A stretch of 37,219 nucleotides of DNA from Chloroflexia bacterium (GTDB lineage Bacteria > Chloroflexota > Chloroflexia > QHBQ01 > JADMIH01): contig JBBRVL010000003.1 in the NCBI GenBank assembly GCA_038246925.1, forward strand, positions 1-37,219, written 5' to 3'. Numbering within the stretch: the stretch's first letter is position 1; each line of letters opens with the position of its first letter. Under the pieces are notes generated by a model, which saw only the letters and a list, made by a program, of their open reading frames with translations, was not told the origin of the DNA and made no database searches. This document shows positions 1-9,359 of the stretch, piece after piece. A program made the position numbers and the translations under genes.

Positions 1-1029
1 GAGGCTGTCGGAGTAAACGCCTGTGCCGAGAACCTGGAAGAGGTAGCCGGAGAGATTGGGCGCCGTGCTGCTCAGGTCGGTGAGCCAGGGACCGGTGAGA
101 AAGTCGCCGCTTGTATCTATGAAGTTGAACTCTCCTGCGAGCCAGCCCTTGCCCGAGTTCGCGCCTGCATCTACGGCCAGAGCGTTGTGATCGAGGAGGA
201 AACCGCCGTTCAGGGTACCGAGGGTGGTGCCTGTGAATGTGGAGCGGGTGCTGATATGGCCCGGCGCTATCTGGCCCACCGCGAAGTCGGGCCGTCTGAA
301 TTGGGCGATCCTATCGGCGGCCTCGAAGCTGGTCGGCCTGTTAGGAGGCACATTTCGTGTTGCCAGCACGATCTCATTAAGAGCGCCCCCACCTGTATAG
401 AGGCGGCCAAAGACGCTGCCGTTGATAGTCATTGAGCCGCCGCTGGAGCTCATGATGCCGCCTATAATGGCCCCTTCGTACCTGTAGGGCGCATAACTCC
501 CGGAGGTGGACGTGCTATGGAGATAAGCGTTGAAGGTACGGGGGTAGTATGGCGGCACAGGAGAGGCCGCGAAGTCTACCGCCATAACCGCCGTGATCGT
601 GCCGCTTGCGCCTATTATGACAATATCGTTAAGCTCGATACCGCGTGGAGGGGTGAAAATGCCTTCGGGGTTCGTTATGAGTAACCCGTTCAGATTAGCA
701 AGAGCAAAGGTGCCTGTCACATCACCCGATACAGCGCCGTCGAAGTCGTTGTTTACCAGGACAAAGCCCATAGAGGAGGCAGTCGCAGTGATGGGTGGGG
801 CAATGAACTGCGCGAAAGTATCGCCCTCGCTAACCGTGAAGGGGCGCATTGCCCCGGCTGTGCCCGTTCCCGCTAGATTGAACGACAAAGGAGTGAAGAC
901 ACAGGTAGCATCCGGTGTATATGAGCCTGGGATAGGCTCGTGGGCTGCATCGGAGTTGCCGGTCTCCACAGTGAGCGCAGTCAGGCCCATGAAGAGCGTC
1001 AGGAACAATAACAGAGAGAAACGGCTCAT
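1..1029 (-). CDS. Secreted hypothetical protein with an internal two-fold repeat (3' end runs off the window)
   Basis: Absent from the ORF track because it has no stop in the window. Manual translation from ATG at 1029 (GGAG 7 nt upstream, in-frame TAG further upstream) stays open to base 1: MSRFSLLLFLTLFMGLTALTVETGNSDAAHEPIPGSY...LFQVLGTGVYSDSL. Signal-peptide-like N-terminus. Confidence 0.8.
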   Translation of the reverse strand, partial: MSRFSLLLFLTLFMGLTALTVETGNSDAAHEPIPGSYTPDATCVFTPLSFNLAGTGTAGAMRPFTVSEGDTFAQFIAPPITATASSMGFVLVNNDFDGAVSGDVTGTFALANLNGLLITNPEGIFTPPRGIELNDIVIIGASGTITAVMAVDFAASPVPPYYPRTFNAYLHSTSTSGSYAPYRYEGAIIGGIMSSSGGSMTINGSVFGRLYTGGGALNEIVLATRNVPPNRPTSFEAADRIAQFRRPDFAVGQIAPGHISTRSTFTGTTLGTLNGGFLLDHNALAVDAGANSGKGWLAGEFNFIDTSGDFLTGPWLTDLSSTAPNLSGYLFQVLGTGVYSDSL

Positions 1030-1087
1030 TGAAATCTCCAGGGATACGGAACAACATGCCAACGACAGATACTAATTTCGTATCGTA

Positions 1088-1116
1088 AGTGTACGGCTGC
1101 AAACGGTGAGTGTCAA
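1088..1116 (-). promoter_or_regulatory. Sigma70-type promoter for the 1..1029 gene
   Basis: Minus strand TTGACA-N17-TACACT, about 60 bp upstream of the ATG. Confidence 0.6.
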
Positions 1117-1179
1117 CACCACTGGGCGACGGCAAACCATTGATTATTTCGAGTAGTCCCATCTCTGACGCTGCAGGTG

Positions 1180-1842
1180 CTAGTGCAGCAGTACAGTCAG
1201 CACTCCCAGGGCGAGCATGACCAGTAATCCCGTCCGGCCTACTACCATAGCGCACTTGGCTACGCGTCCGCTCGCATCTATACCAGGCTCCTTGGACGCT
1301 ATTATTATGGCATATATAGCTTGAACGACTATGGGCGTGATGATCAGATGGGCCAGTCTCAGGTTGCGCGCTGGTGAATTCGTGCTCACGAGAGATCCGA
1401 GGAAAATGCCCGCGAATATAGCCGCTATGCTGACGATGGGGCAAAGTACAAGGAAGATCCACGCCCAGGTTGGCAGCTGATCGCTTGTTCCAGGGCTTAC
1501 TTGGAAGACCTCTGGAGCTATATCCAGCGGCTTGCCGCTCTGAACGGAGAGGCCGTCAACTGCAAGGTCATAGTTATAGACAACACCGTTAGACCGGATA
1601 TTGACTACGCAGTCATGCCCGTCTACCCTGAATAGATCATCGCTGCCCTTGCCGTATACTCCATAGCTCTTTATCTCCGAGAGGGGCACAAGCTGCTCGT
1701 CGAGGTATATGGTGCGCCGGGTGGTCCAGTAGTTATGTTGCAACTCAACGGTGTGGGTGCGGGGTCGCGGTGCAAATAGACTAGGCTCTCCCCCATGTCC
1801 GTCGTTCTCCCTTAGCTCAAAGGTCCAACTTTTATGGGCCAT
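1180..1842 (-). CDS. Membrane protein with an N-terminal FAIM1-like beta domain and about 3 C-terminal TM helices
   Basis: GGAGG RBS. Motifs WTFEL...HTVELQHNYWTTRRTIYLD...CVVNIRSNGVVYNYDLAVDG resemble FAIM (W-x-V-x-L...H-x-I-E-F-E-H...R-V-V-Y-V-D-G...Y-E-Y-T-L-E-I-N-G). Hydrophobic C-terminal half. Confidence 0.65.
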   Translation of the reverse strand: MAHKSWTFELRENDGHGGEPSLFAPRPRTHTVELQHNYWTTRRTIYLDEQLVPLSEIKSYGVYGKGSDDLFRVDGHDCVVNIRSNGVVYNYDLAVDGLSVQSGKPLDIAPEVFQVSPGTSDQLPTWAWIFLVLCPIVSIAAIFAGIFLGSLVSTNSPARNLRLAHLIITPIVVQAIYAIIIASKEPGIDASGRVAKCAMVVGRTGLLVMLALGVLTVLLH

Positions 1843-2128
1843 AGCGCCTCCTCATGTTATGCCTGCACAGGGAAGGGATGCGGTTTATATAACCTCTTTA
1901 GATATCTGCATGATATTTTGCGCTCGCCCACCTCTCCACTACTCACCTATTGCTATGGTAGACAATAGAAGCTCGTCCCGCTGGCGAACTTGAAGCGATT
2001 TATCCATGACTTGTGTATCTGAACTGCTATTTGTGAGGAGCCTAGCACTATTGTCCTGATTCTGGAAGAGTATTGCGGAGCATCAAGGTATTAGCACCAA
2101 CAAGACGTAATGATGCCCGGCGAAACAG

Positions 2129-5100
2129 CTATCTCGGCGGCCTGAATACCTGGATATTATGGTTAAGCCGGTCCAGGACGTAGATTCGGCCGTCTGCACC
2201 GACAGCAATGCCGCTTGGCTCTCCAAACTGGCCTGGCTTGCTGCCCGCTTCTCCGAAGTAGCTCATGCTACCGCTAAGTGTATCGAGGATCGCCACGCGC
2301 TTCCGGTCGGGGTCGCTCATGTACAACCTTGAGCCATTGGGGTTGATAGCAAGCCTGCTCCCACCAGCAGACGTGCCGACCGGTAACCTGTAAATGGTTG
2401 TCGTGCCGTCAGGGCTGATCCGTAAGATGCGATCCTTTATATCTACCGCATATACGCGTCCGGCGGAATCTACCGCTACGTCAAGGCACTGCTCCAACTT
2501 GTCTTGCTCGGCGATAGGCACTATCTCCACAGACTGGAGTGAGTTGTTGGGGGCAAGTGTCAGCTTTATTAGTTTGCTCAAAATCGTGTCTGCAATATAG
2601 ATATTGCCCCCTACTGACCAGGCATCGCCATTAGGGCCTGCCGTCTGCGTTATTGAGGCGTCGAACAAGCCAACGAAGCCTCCCTGCTTGTCGAATAGCT
2701 GCACGCGTCTGGCTTTGAAGTCGGTAACGGCTATTAGCCCCTCCTCGGAGACGGCAATATCCTGCATATCGAGAAATTCACCCGGTTGAAGGCTCTGCTC
2801 GTTACCGCTCTTACCCCAACTGCGCAGCGCCTTGCCGTCTGGAGAGAAGGTTACGATGCGTCCATTTCCCTTGTCTCCAACATAGAGATTGCCGTCGGCG
2901 TCTACGGCTATACCCTGTGGGTTGACCAGGCCCGCTCCTGCTCCAAAGACTGATTCCAGGGTAGCAGGTTCTCCTTGCGGTCCGGGTGCGCCGGGGGCAT
3001 CGGCCATCTCGCTGGGGAGCCAACTCCGTGCCGCGGGCGTAAGCACACTGGTAGGTACCAACCCGTAACGGCCGTCTGGTGTCCTCCAATACCACTCCAT
3101 AATCGCAGGCCCACTTCCCCAGGCATATCGAATCTCTACTGGATGATTTCCAGTAGAGAGAGGCAAGTACCCAGCCGACACACCGGTGTTTTGGCCGACG
3201 GCGGGGTCTCCTATTATAGTTCCGTCTATCAACAGCACGCTTGGGCCTTGTGAATTTAGTCTGAATACATACTCACCTGGAGAAGTTATATTAAGGCTAC
3301 CGCGCCAGCGCACCAGGAAAGGTGCTCCTCCAAAGGCTACGGTAGCCTCGCGGAAGCCGATAAAAGGATCGTTGCGCCGGGATTCTGGCTGGAAGCCGCC
3401 GAATGGGTCGTCTTCTTTCAGAAGTTCGGGGCTACCAAGCGGCCCTACCTCACCACTAAGCCCTCCCAGGATGCCTTCACGGCCGTAGCTGTTGTAGAGA
3501 TAGGCAGACTTAATGGGGCTTATCTCCCCTGTGCCCGACCAGCGCAGGCTCAACCGGCTCTGGGGGCCTCCGAGGGTTCCATTCAATCTTATTTCGTGAA
3601 TACCCTTTGCTAACACGACTTCTACTTGTCGGGGGCCTTGATTACCGCCCGCACCAGTGCGAAGTGGGAAATTACGGCCGTCTATCTCCAGTCGGGCATC
3701 TGGTGTGCCTTCTATCTCGAAGGTATAGGCTTTGTACGTTGGCGCCACAACCCCACTCTGCCAAGTTGCGGTGACCGGGTAAGTAACTCCACCTGGCGGC
3801 ACCCAAACAGCACCGTCCAGTCGTACGGTACCGAGGTTTGGCTCATCACGCGAAATAGAGGCCGCTCCTGCCGAAGTGTAAGTAGCACGAGAGGTCTGCA
3901 AGCGGCTTATTTGCTCACGCGTGATCTTGTATGAAGTAAAACGCTCAATACCGTCATCGCTTTTTACAACAGATTCCTCACCCCCCGGATAGAAGAGGCG
4001 GACGAGGGGCCTGTAATCATAGTTGTGCGGATAGATGAGGAATGCCGCGCCCTTGCCGCCGTTGTCAGTCACCGGAAAGAAATCGGCGGGCGCCGCGAGG
4101 TCCGCACCTTCAACACCCTTGGCAATAAAGCGAGTACTACCATAGCCGAAGAATACAGGGGGAGCGCCTATACCCATCTGGTAAACCTTGTAGTCCTGCC
4201 CCAGCGCTTGAACATATCGCGCCTGACTAGTGGAATCGCAATAGGGGCAACGTGACGCATAATGTACAAAATACTCGTGGTACGAATCGGCAGCCAAAAA
4301 GAGCAGCAGCCCGGCGATTGGCATCGTCGCCCACCGGCGCGCAAGCCTTATATTTAGAGGCCAGGCAGCAGCAAAGACCCGGTCCAACAGGGCAGCGGGG
4401 AAGAGCATGAGCAGAGGCCAGGCGCCGGCAAGACGCTGCACGCTGGGCGTGTCCATCGTGAGAGCCGCTCCCAACATCCCTCCCCAGAACATGATATTCA
4501 GCAGCCCGTACCCTTCATCCCAGAACTTCCATCCCCCATATACCAGCCCAAGCAAGGCAATCGCCGCCCACAAGGGCGCTAACATGGAGCCATTGTGTTC
4601 TGTGATTTGGTAAAACTGGGTAATATCGCCGCTCTTGTAAAGGACGTCCGTGGTGGCTCGCATTTGCTCGAACAAAAGTTGCCCCCACGATGACGGTTGG
4701 GCCATGAGATTCAGTAATAGTGGTTGGGCCGTCTGAGAGGGGTCATATGTTATGCCGTACCTGGCAAACGCTTGAGCCTGGTTCCAGGGCGAGAATATCG
4801 AAGTCTCCTGGGCCCGGCCCGTAAAGCCTTGCCAGGGGAGCTTCTCCTGAGCGGAAAAAAGGGCATAAGGCATGAAGGTCAGGCCAAACCCAAAGAGTAG
4901 CAGGACGAAGCCGGTTGCGTAATGCTTGAATAAACGCCTGCGCCAGCGCACGACACAATATAGGCCAAGCATGCCCACAATCGGTATTATCAGCTTACCA
5001 GCCGCGTAGAAATAGAGGCTGAAGCCCCAGATGATACCTGAGAGTGCCCAATCACTCCAGCGTAAGTGACGCAGGGCCATGAAGAAGTAATAAGCGCCCG

Positions 5101-6199
5101 CGATCCAGAGCGTGCCCGTGGGAGTACTTTCCCCGGCCAGGCGGCTGAACTGCAACGCGAGGGGTGATACAGCCAGCATGGACCCGGCGATCAGGCCTGC
5201 GCGAGGACCCCACAGCAGGCGCCCTGTCTTGTAGACAAACCATACAGACGCCACCCCGCTAATGACCGAAAGCATCCGGTCGCCCACCATGTTGTCGCCG
5301 AAGATGCGTAGCGTGAAGGAGAGCAGGTAGAAGTAAAGGTTGGGCACGCCCCACCAGCCATAGCCGAAGAGCAAAGTCGGCTTCCCTTCGTTGATGGCAC
5401 GTGCCTCCATGCCTCGCTCGCCCTCATCACCAAAGATGCCGGGCATCTGTTCCAGGTTGATGACTCGCAAGGCCAGGCTTAATACGAGTACGCCGCCAAT
5501 CAGCAAGGCCTCCCAGCGCCGGGGTAAAGCAGGCAGGCCTTGCGCAAAGAAATCGTCGGAAGGAGACCGGAGCAAGGATTTGACGCGGGGCCAGAGCGGC
5601 GCGACAATGGAGGTAAGTAGCAGCATTACGAGGGCAGTAGCCCACAGCCACCCGCCCAATGGATCGCTTATCCTTCGTTGCAATACAAACGCTGAGGTTC
5701 CTGCCAGGAAAAGCGTCAGGGCGGTTCCCAGCAGGGCAATGCGTCCATGCCACCTGGAGGCAGCCATTGCTCGCTCGGCGCTCAGCACCTGACCCTCCGA
5801 CCGACGCATAACAGGTCTGCCTGGAAGAGGACTCGGTGCAGCCGGAGCGCCCGACGCGGCATGCTTACGGACCGGTAGGCTTGTTGTCGTTGTCGGTAGC
5901 TGTATGGCTGCTGTCTGCGAGTAGGCTTGTGCATCTTTGCCCTGACTCTCTCTACGCCGTGCCAAACGTGGTTGAAGCATCGACAAGAGCAGCAAAACGA
6001 TTGCTACCGTGTAGAGCAGCCCGACTGTTGAGAGCCTGCCGCGTGTGATAAGCTCATATTGGGCCCATACGGCCAGGCCGATGGCCCCCAGACCTCCGAA
6101 GAAACCGCGGGCGCGCCACGCACGAGCCAGGTTATCTCCAGAACTGGAGAGAGCATCTGCAATGGGTGATTTGGAACGAATATCGCCAGTCGTGGACAT
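2129..6199 (-). CDS. GT-C/GT39 (PMT_2/ArnT-like) glycosyltransferase with two PA14-like domains and C-terminal NHL repeats
   Basis: Polytopic N-terminal half with LALRVINLEQMPGIFGDE (GT-C DE motif). PA14-like segments (VRWRGSLNITSPGEYVFRLNS...LIDG). NHL repeats (PQGIAVDADGNLYVGDKGNGRI; EPSGIAVGADGRIYVLDRLNHNIQVF). Confidence 0.85.
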   Translation of the reverse strand: MSTTGDIRSKSPIADALSSSGDNLARAWRARGFFGGLGAIGLAVWAQYELITRGRLSTVGLLYTVAIVLLLLSMLQPRLARRRESQGKDAQAYSQTAAIQLPTTTTSLPVRKHAASGAPAAPSPLPGRPVMRRSEGQVLSAERAMAASRWHGRIALLGTALTLFLAGTSAFVLQRRISDPLGGWLWATALVMLLLTSIVAPLWPRVKSLLRSPSDDFFAQGLPALPRRWEALLIGGVLVLSLALRVINLEQMPGIFGDEGERGMEARAINEGKPTLLFGYGWWGVPNLYFYLLSFTLRIFGDNMVGDRMLSVISGVASVWFVYKTGRLLWGPRAGLIAGSMLAVSPLALQFSRLAGESTPTGTLWIAGAYYFFMALRHLRWSDWALSGIIWGFSLYFYAAGKLIIPIVGMLGLYCVVRWRRRLFKHYATGFVLLLFGFGLTFMPYALFSAQEKLPWQGFTGRAQETSIFSPWNQAQAFARYGITYDPSQTAQPLLLNLMAQPSSWGQLLFEQMRATTDVLYKSGDITQFYQITEHNGSMLAPLWAAIALLGLVYGGWKFWDEGYGLLNIMFWGGMLGAALTMDTPSVQRLAGAWPLLMLFPAALLDRVFAAAWPLNIRLARRWATMPIAGLLLFLAADSYHEYFVHYASRCPYCDSTSQARYVQALGQDYKVYQMGIGAPPVFFGYGSTRFIAKGVEGADLAAPADFFPVTDNGGKGAAFLIYPHNYDYRPLVRLFYPGGEESVVKSDDGIERFTSYKITREQISRLQTSRATYTSAGAASISRDEPNLGTVRLDGAVWVPPGGVTYPVTATWQSGVVAPTYKAYTFEIEGTPDARLEIDGRNFPLRTGAGGNQGPRQVEVVLAKGIHEIRLNGTLGGPQSRLSLRWSGTGEISPIKSAYLYNSYGREGILGGLSGEVGPLGSPELLKEDDPFGGFQPESRRNDPFIGFREATVAFGGAPFLVRWRGSLNITSPGEYVFRLNSQGPSVLLIDGTIIGDPAVGQNTGVSAGYLPLSTGNHPVEIRYAWGSGPAIMEWYWRTPDGRYGLVPTSVLTPAARSWLPSEMADAPGAPGPQGEPATLESVFGAGAGLVNPQGIAVDADGNLYVGDKGNGRIVTFSPDGKALRSWGKSGNEQSLQPGEFLDMQDIAVSEEGLIAVTDFKARRVQLFDKQGGFVGLFDASITQTAGPNGDAWSVGGNIYIADTILSKLIKLTLAPNNSLQSVEIVPIAEQDKLEQCLDVAVDSAGRVYAVDIKDRILRISPDGTTTIYRLPVGTSAGGSRLAINPNGSRLYMSDPDRKRVAILDTLSGSMSYFGEAGSKPGQFGEPSGIAVGADGRIYVLDRLNHNIQVFRPPR

Positions 6200-6377
6200 T
6201 TGACTATTGGATACCTCTGGAGGTTGAACACCGTCGCTACTCGATTGTACCGGAAAGGCGAAATGTTTGCCGAAGAGGAAGCAAAGGCATCCACTGTGTC
6301 AACTAAGATATAGACACCCATAGATGAAGGGCAAGCAGAACTCTGCTTGCCCTATACCTGAGTGCGATAACTCACTA

Positions 6378-9302
6378 CTAGCGCGACGGTATGCTTGTTT
6401 GCTGGCACTCCGGGAAGAAGGTGTTAGCCACGATCTTAGAGGTCTGCCCGCGTGTGGCGTTGTTCTGTGGCCGGAAGTATGGCTTACCTGAGATGCACGG
6501 CTCATTCGGGCCACCGCAAGGATACCCGCTCATTATATTACGCGAGGCGAGTCTCTGCACCCATTCGTAGAAGGGATAGGTGGGCGGAACGTCTTCAAAT
6601 ATCTGCGCGCCTGGTGGGTTATTATAGCCCCTAGCATTGGACACGATCTTCGAGATTTGCCCGCGTGTGGCGTTAGCGTTGGGGCGGAAGTAGGGCTTAC
6701 CTGATATACACGGTTCATTGGGGCCACCGCACTCATAGCCACCCATGTGTCCCCTGGCTGCGAGGCGTTGTATCCATTCGTAGAATGTATAGGTCGGGGG
6801 CACATCCTCGAAGCGCTGTTCGCCTGGGTCTTCGGCAAAGCCCGCGCTGTTAGAAACTATCTTCGATAGCTGCCCTCTTGTTACTTCATTATTGGGGCGG
6901 AACGTGCCGTCAGCGTAGCCGGAGATAATGCCTCTGCATACCAGGCAGTGGATGAACGGATAGAACGTGTTGTCAGAGGGCACATCAGAGAAGGTGTAAG
7001 GAGTCGCCGGGGTAAAGCGTTCGGTCAGGGTAAACTTTGTCGTGTCCTGGTTATCGTATTCGCCCGCCATCCAGATGTCGTATCCCGTCGCGGCGGCAAC
7101 CCCGTAAAGGTAATTGCTGTATACAGTGGGATTCAGGCTGGGTACTACCCTCCATTCGCTGCCGTTCCAGTGCTCGACCAACGTGCGTGGGATGCCTCCT
7201 GTGTAATAGTTGCCGACAGCCCATATATCGTTAGCCGCTACAGCGTCCACTCCTAACAGGAAGCTAAACGTCCCGGCGTTGGGGCTTGGAACGACGCTCC
7301 ACTCAGTGCCGTTCCAATGCAGCACGAGTGTCTGCCCTGTCCCCCTGGGGCCATAGAAGCCGACCGCCCACACGTCGTTAGAGGAGATGGCAGTTACCCC
7401 GCGTAGGAGGTTGACATCGGACCCGACGTTCGGGCTAGGGATTTGGGTCCAGGCTGTGCCGTCCCAGTGCATTATAAGGGTCTCTTCGGGGAGGAAGCTA
7501 TCGGGCGTGTAGTTACCGACTGCCCATACATCGTTTGAGGAAATGGCCTCTACCGCCAGCATCCGGGCATCGCTGCTTGGCCTGAAGGTGGGGGAGGGTA
7601 TTATGTTCCACTGGGTGCCGTTCCAATGCATCGTGAGGGGCTGCCCGATGCCTGCGTGCTCGGTGCCTGAATATCCTACGGCCCAGGCGTCACTCCCTGA
7701 TATGACATCTATCCCACGCAAGAAGTTGCCCAATTCACCAGTAGTGTTTATGTTCGGGCTGGGCATAATGCTCCATTGCGTGCCATTCCAATGCATAGTC
7801 AGGGTGAGAAAACGAGTGCCTGTTGGGTCAGTAGGGTCTTTGTAGTGACCTGCTGCCCATGCGTTGCTGTCGGATGTGCCTGCAACCGCGAATAGATAGT
7901 TGTCGCGGGTTCCGACGTTTGGGGTGGACATTATGTCCCACCCCTGCCCATTCCAATGCTCTATCAAGGTTCGAGCGGGCGCCGGACCGCTGTGCCAGCC
8001 GACCGCCCACACATCGTTAGCTGTGACCGCCGCCGCTCCCCTGAACGTATTGGAGCTTGATGCGGTGTTCGGGCTTGAAACGATGTTCCCGGCAAGGTTG
8101 TCACACGTGGGAAGAGATGTGGCTACTATACGCTTGAGAGTGCCTGTAGTGTAGCCGCCATCCTCGATGTAATAAAGCGCGCCGTCAGGCCCGGTCTCGA
8201 CATCCATCTTGCAGGTGACGCCCTGGATAGTAGCGACGGTTGTTACCTGGGTGCGATCTTCATTCAAGTAGAAGCGGCGGAGGGCACCGTCGTTATATGA
8301 GCACATGAATAGCCCGTCCCGCCATGCCCCTATAGCGCTACCCCGGTAGACTTCTACGCCTGTGGGTGCTATAGGGTTGGGCGCATACCACAGGGGCGGG
8401 ATTGTGTTGTAGGTGGGATCGGGATTGGCGTCGTCACAGGGATAGTTTGCTCGCCAGCCATAGTTATATCCGCCTTCGACCCGGTTTAGCTCGTCGTCGC
8501 ACTCAGGTCCGTTTTCGCTGGCGAATATTCTGCCTGGCACGATGGTATCGAACGCGAAGCCGAACGGGTTGCGGAAGCCGATGGCATAAAGCGAGGGGAG
8601 CGCGCCCGTCTGAGTGAAGACAGGGTTATCAGGTGGTATGGTGCCGTCCGGGTTGAGGCGGTGTATCTTACCCGGCTTGACCGTCACGTTCTGCGCGTTT
8701 TCCCAGGTGTAGTTGTCACCTAACGAGATGTAGAGCTTGCCGTCGGGTCCAAAGTTGATGATGCCGCCCTGGTGGACCTGCTCGGTTTGGGGTGAAGTGA
8801 ATATATCGATGGGATTCGAGCCTACGCCATTGCTCTCGACGAAGCGCACCACCCTGTTGAGGGCAACACGGCATTCGGAAGGCTCGGTATAAAAGACATA
8901 GACGTAATGGTTGGTATTGAAGTTGGGGTCAACCGTGATGCCGAGCAGCCTGCTCTCGATGCAGGTCGTGCCCTGGTAGATGTTCGGGAAGGTAATTACC
9001 GGGCTGGCCTGAAGTAAGTCGTTGGTGAAGAGGCGCACCGCGCCCGACCTCTCGGTGTAGAAGAGCCTCCCCTGTGGGTCAAACGCCATGGCTACCGGCT
9101 GGTTCATGCCGGGCAGTATGGTCTGCACTATTGCGCCCTGCGGTAAAGGTTCGGTGGTGACGGTAGGAGATGCTTGTGTCTGCCGCGCTATGGGTGTAGC
9201 AACTGCTTTGGGTGCGGTCAGGGCCAGTACGAAAGTGACCGCGATGAGGCCAAGCAGAAAGGCAAAAGCCAGGTAGTGGTGTCGAGGGTATGGGGTTCGC
9301 AT
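6378..9302 (-). CDS. Secreted PQQ-dependent (GSDH-family) sugar dehydrogenase + 7 NDVWAVG propeller repeats + 3 SLH domains
   Basis: Signal peptide and AGGAG RBS. GSDH motifs HQGGIINFGPDGKLYISLGD, GFRNPFGFAFD, DELNRVEGGYNYGW. Seven W-A-V-G repeats. SLH motifs FSDVP...GIISGYADGTFRPNNEVTRGQ. Confidence 0.9.
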   Translation of the reverse strand: MRTPYPRHHYLAFAFLLGLIAVTFVLALTAPKAVATPIARQTQASPTVTTEPLPQGAIVQTILPGMNQPVAMAFDPQGRLFYTERSGAVRLFTNDLLQASPVITFPNIYQGTTCIESRLLGITVDPNFNTNHYVYVFYTEPSECRVALNRVVRFVESNGVGSNPIDIFTSPQTEQVHQGGIINFGPDGKLYISLGDNYTWENAQNVTVKPGKIHRLNPDGTIPPDNPVFTQTGALPSLYAIGFRNPFGFAFDTIVPGRIFASENGPECDDELNRVEGGYNYGWRANYPCDDANPDPTYNTIPPLWYAPNPIAPTGVEVYRGSAIGAWRDGLFMCSYNDGALRRFYLNEDRTQVTTVATIQGVTCKMDVETGPDGALYYIEDGGYTTGTLKRIVATSLPTCDNLAGNIVSSPNTASSSNTFRGAAAVTANDVWAVGWHSGPAPARTLIEHWNGQGWDIMSTPNVGTRDNYLFAVAGTSDSNAWAAGHYKDPTDPTGTRFLTLTMHWNGTQWSIMPSPNINTTGELGNFLRGIDVISGSDAWAVGYSGTEHAGIGQPLTMHWNGTQWNIIPSPTFRPSSDARMLAVEAISSNDVWAVGNYTPDSFLPEETLIMHWDGTAWTQIPSPNVGSDVNLLRGVTAISSNDVWAVGFYGPRGTGQTLVLHWNGTEWSVVPSPNAGTFSFLLGVDAVAANDIWAVGNYYTGGIPRTLVEHWNGSEWRVVPSLNPTVYSNYLYGVAAATGYDIWMAGEYDNQDTTKFTLTERFTPATPYTFSDVPSDNTFYPFIHCLVCRGIISGYADGTFRPNNEVTRGQLSKIVSNSAGFAEDPGEQRFEDVPPTYTFYEWIQRLAARGHMGGYECGGPNEPCISGKPYFRPNANATRGQISKIVSNARGYNNPPGAQIFEDVPPTYPFYEWVQRLASRNIMSGYPCGGPNEPCISGKPYFRPQNNATRGQTSKIVANTFFPECQQTSIPSR

Positions 9303-9359
9303 ATGTTCTCCTTCTATATATCAGAGATTTGCCGGGCAATCAATACTCTTAGGCTTCAT

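Noticed and set aside
1125-1170. GGCAAACCATT resembling a c-di-GMP-I riboswitch start
   Set aside because: The downstream GAAA/GGGACGCAAAGCC elements are missing and it is antisense to the flanking genes.
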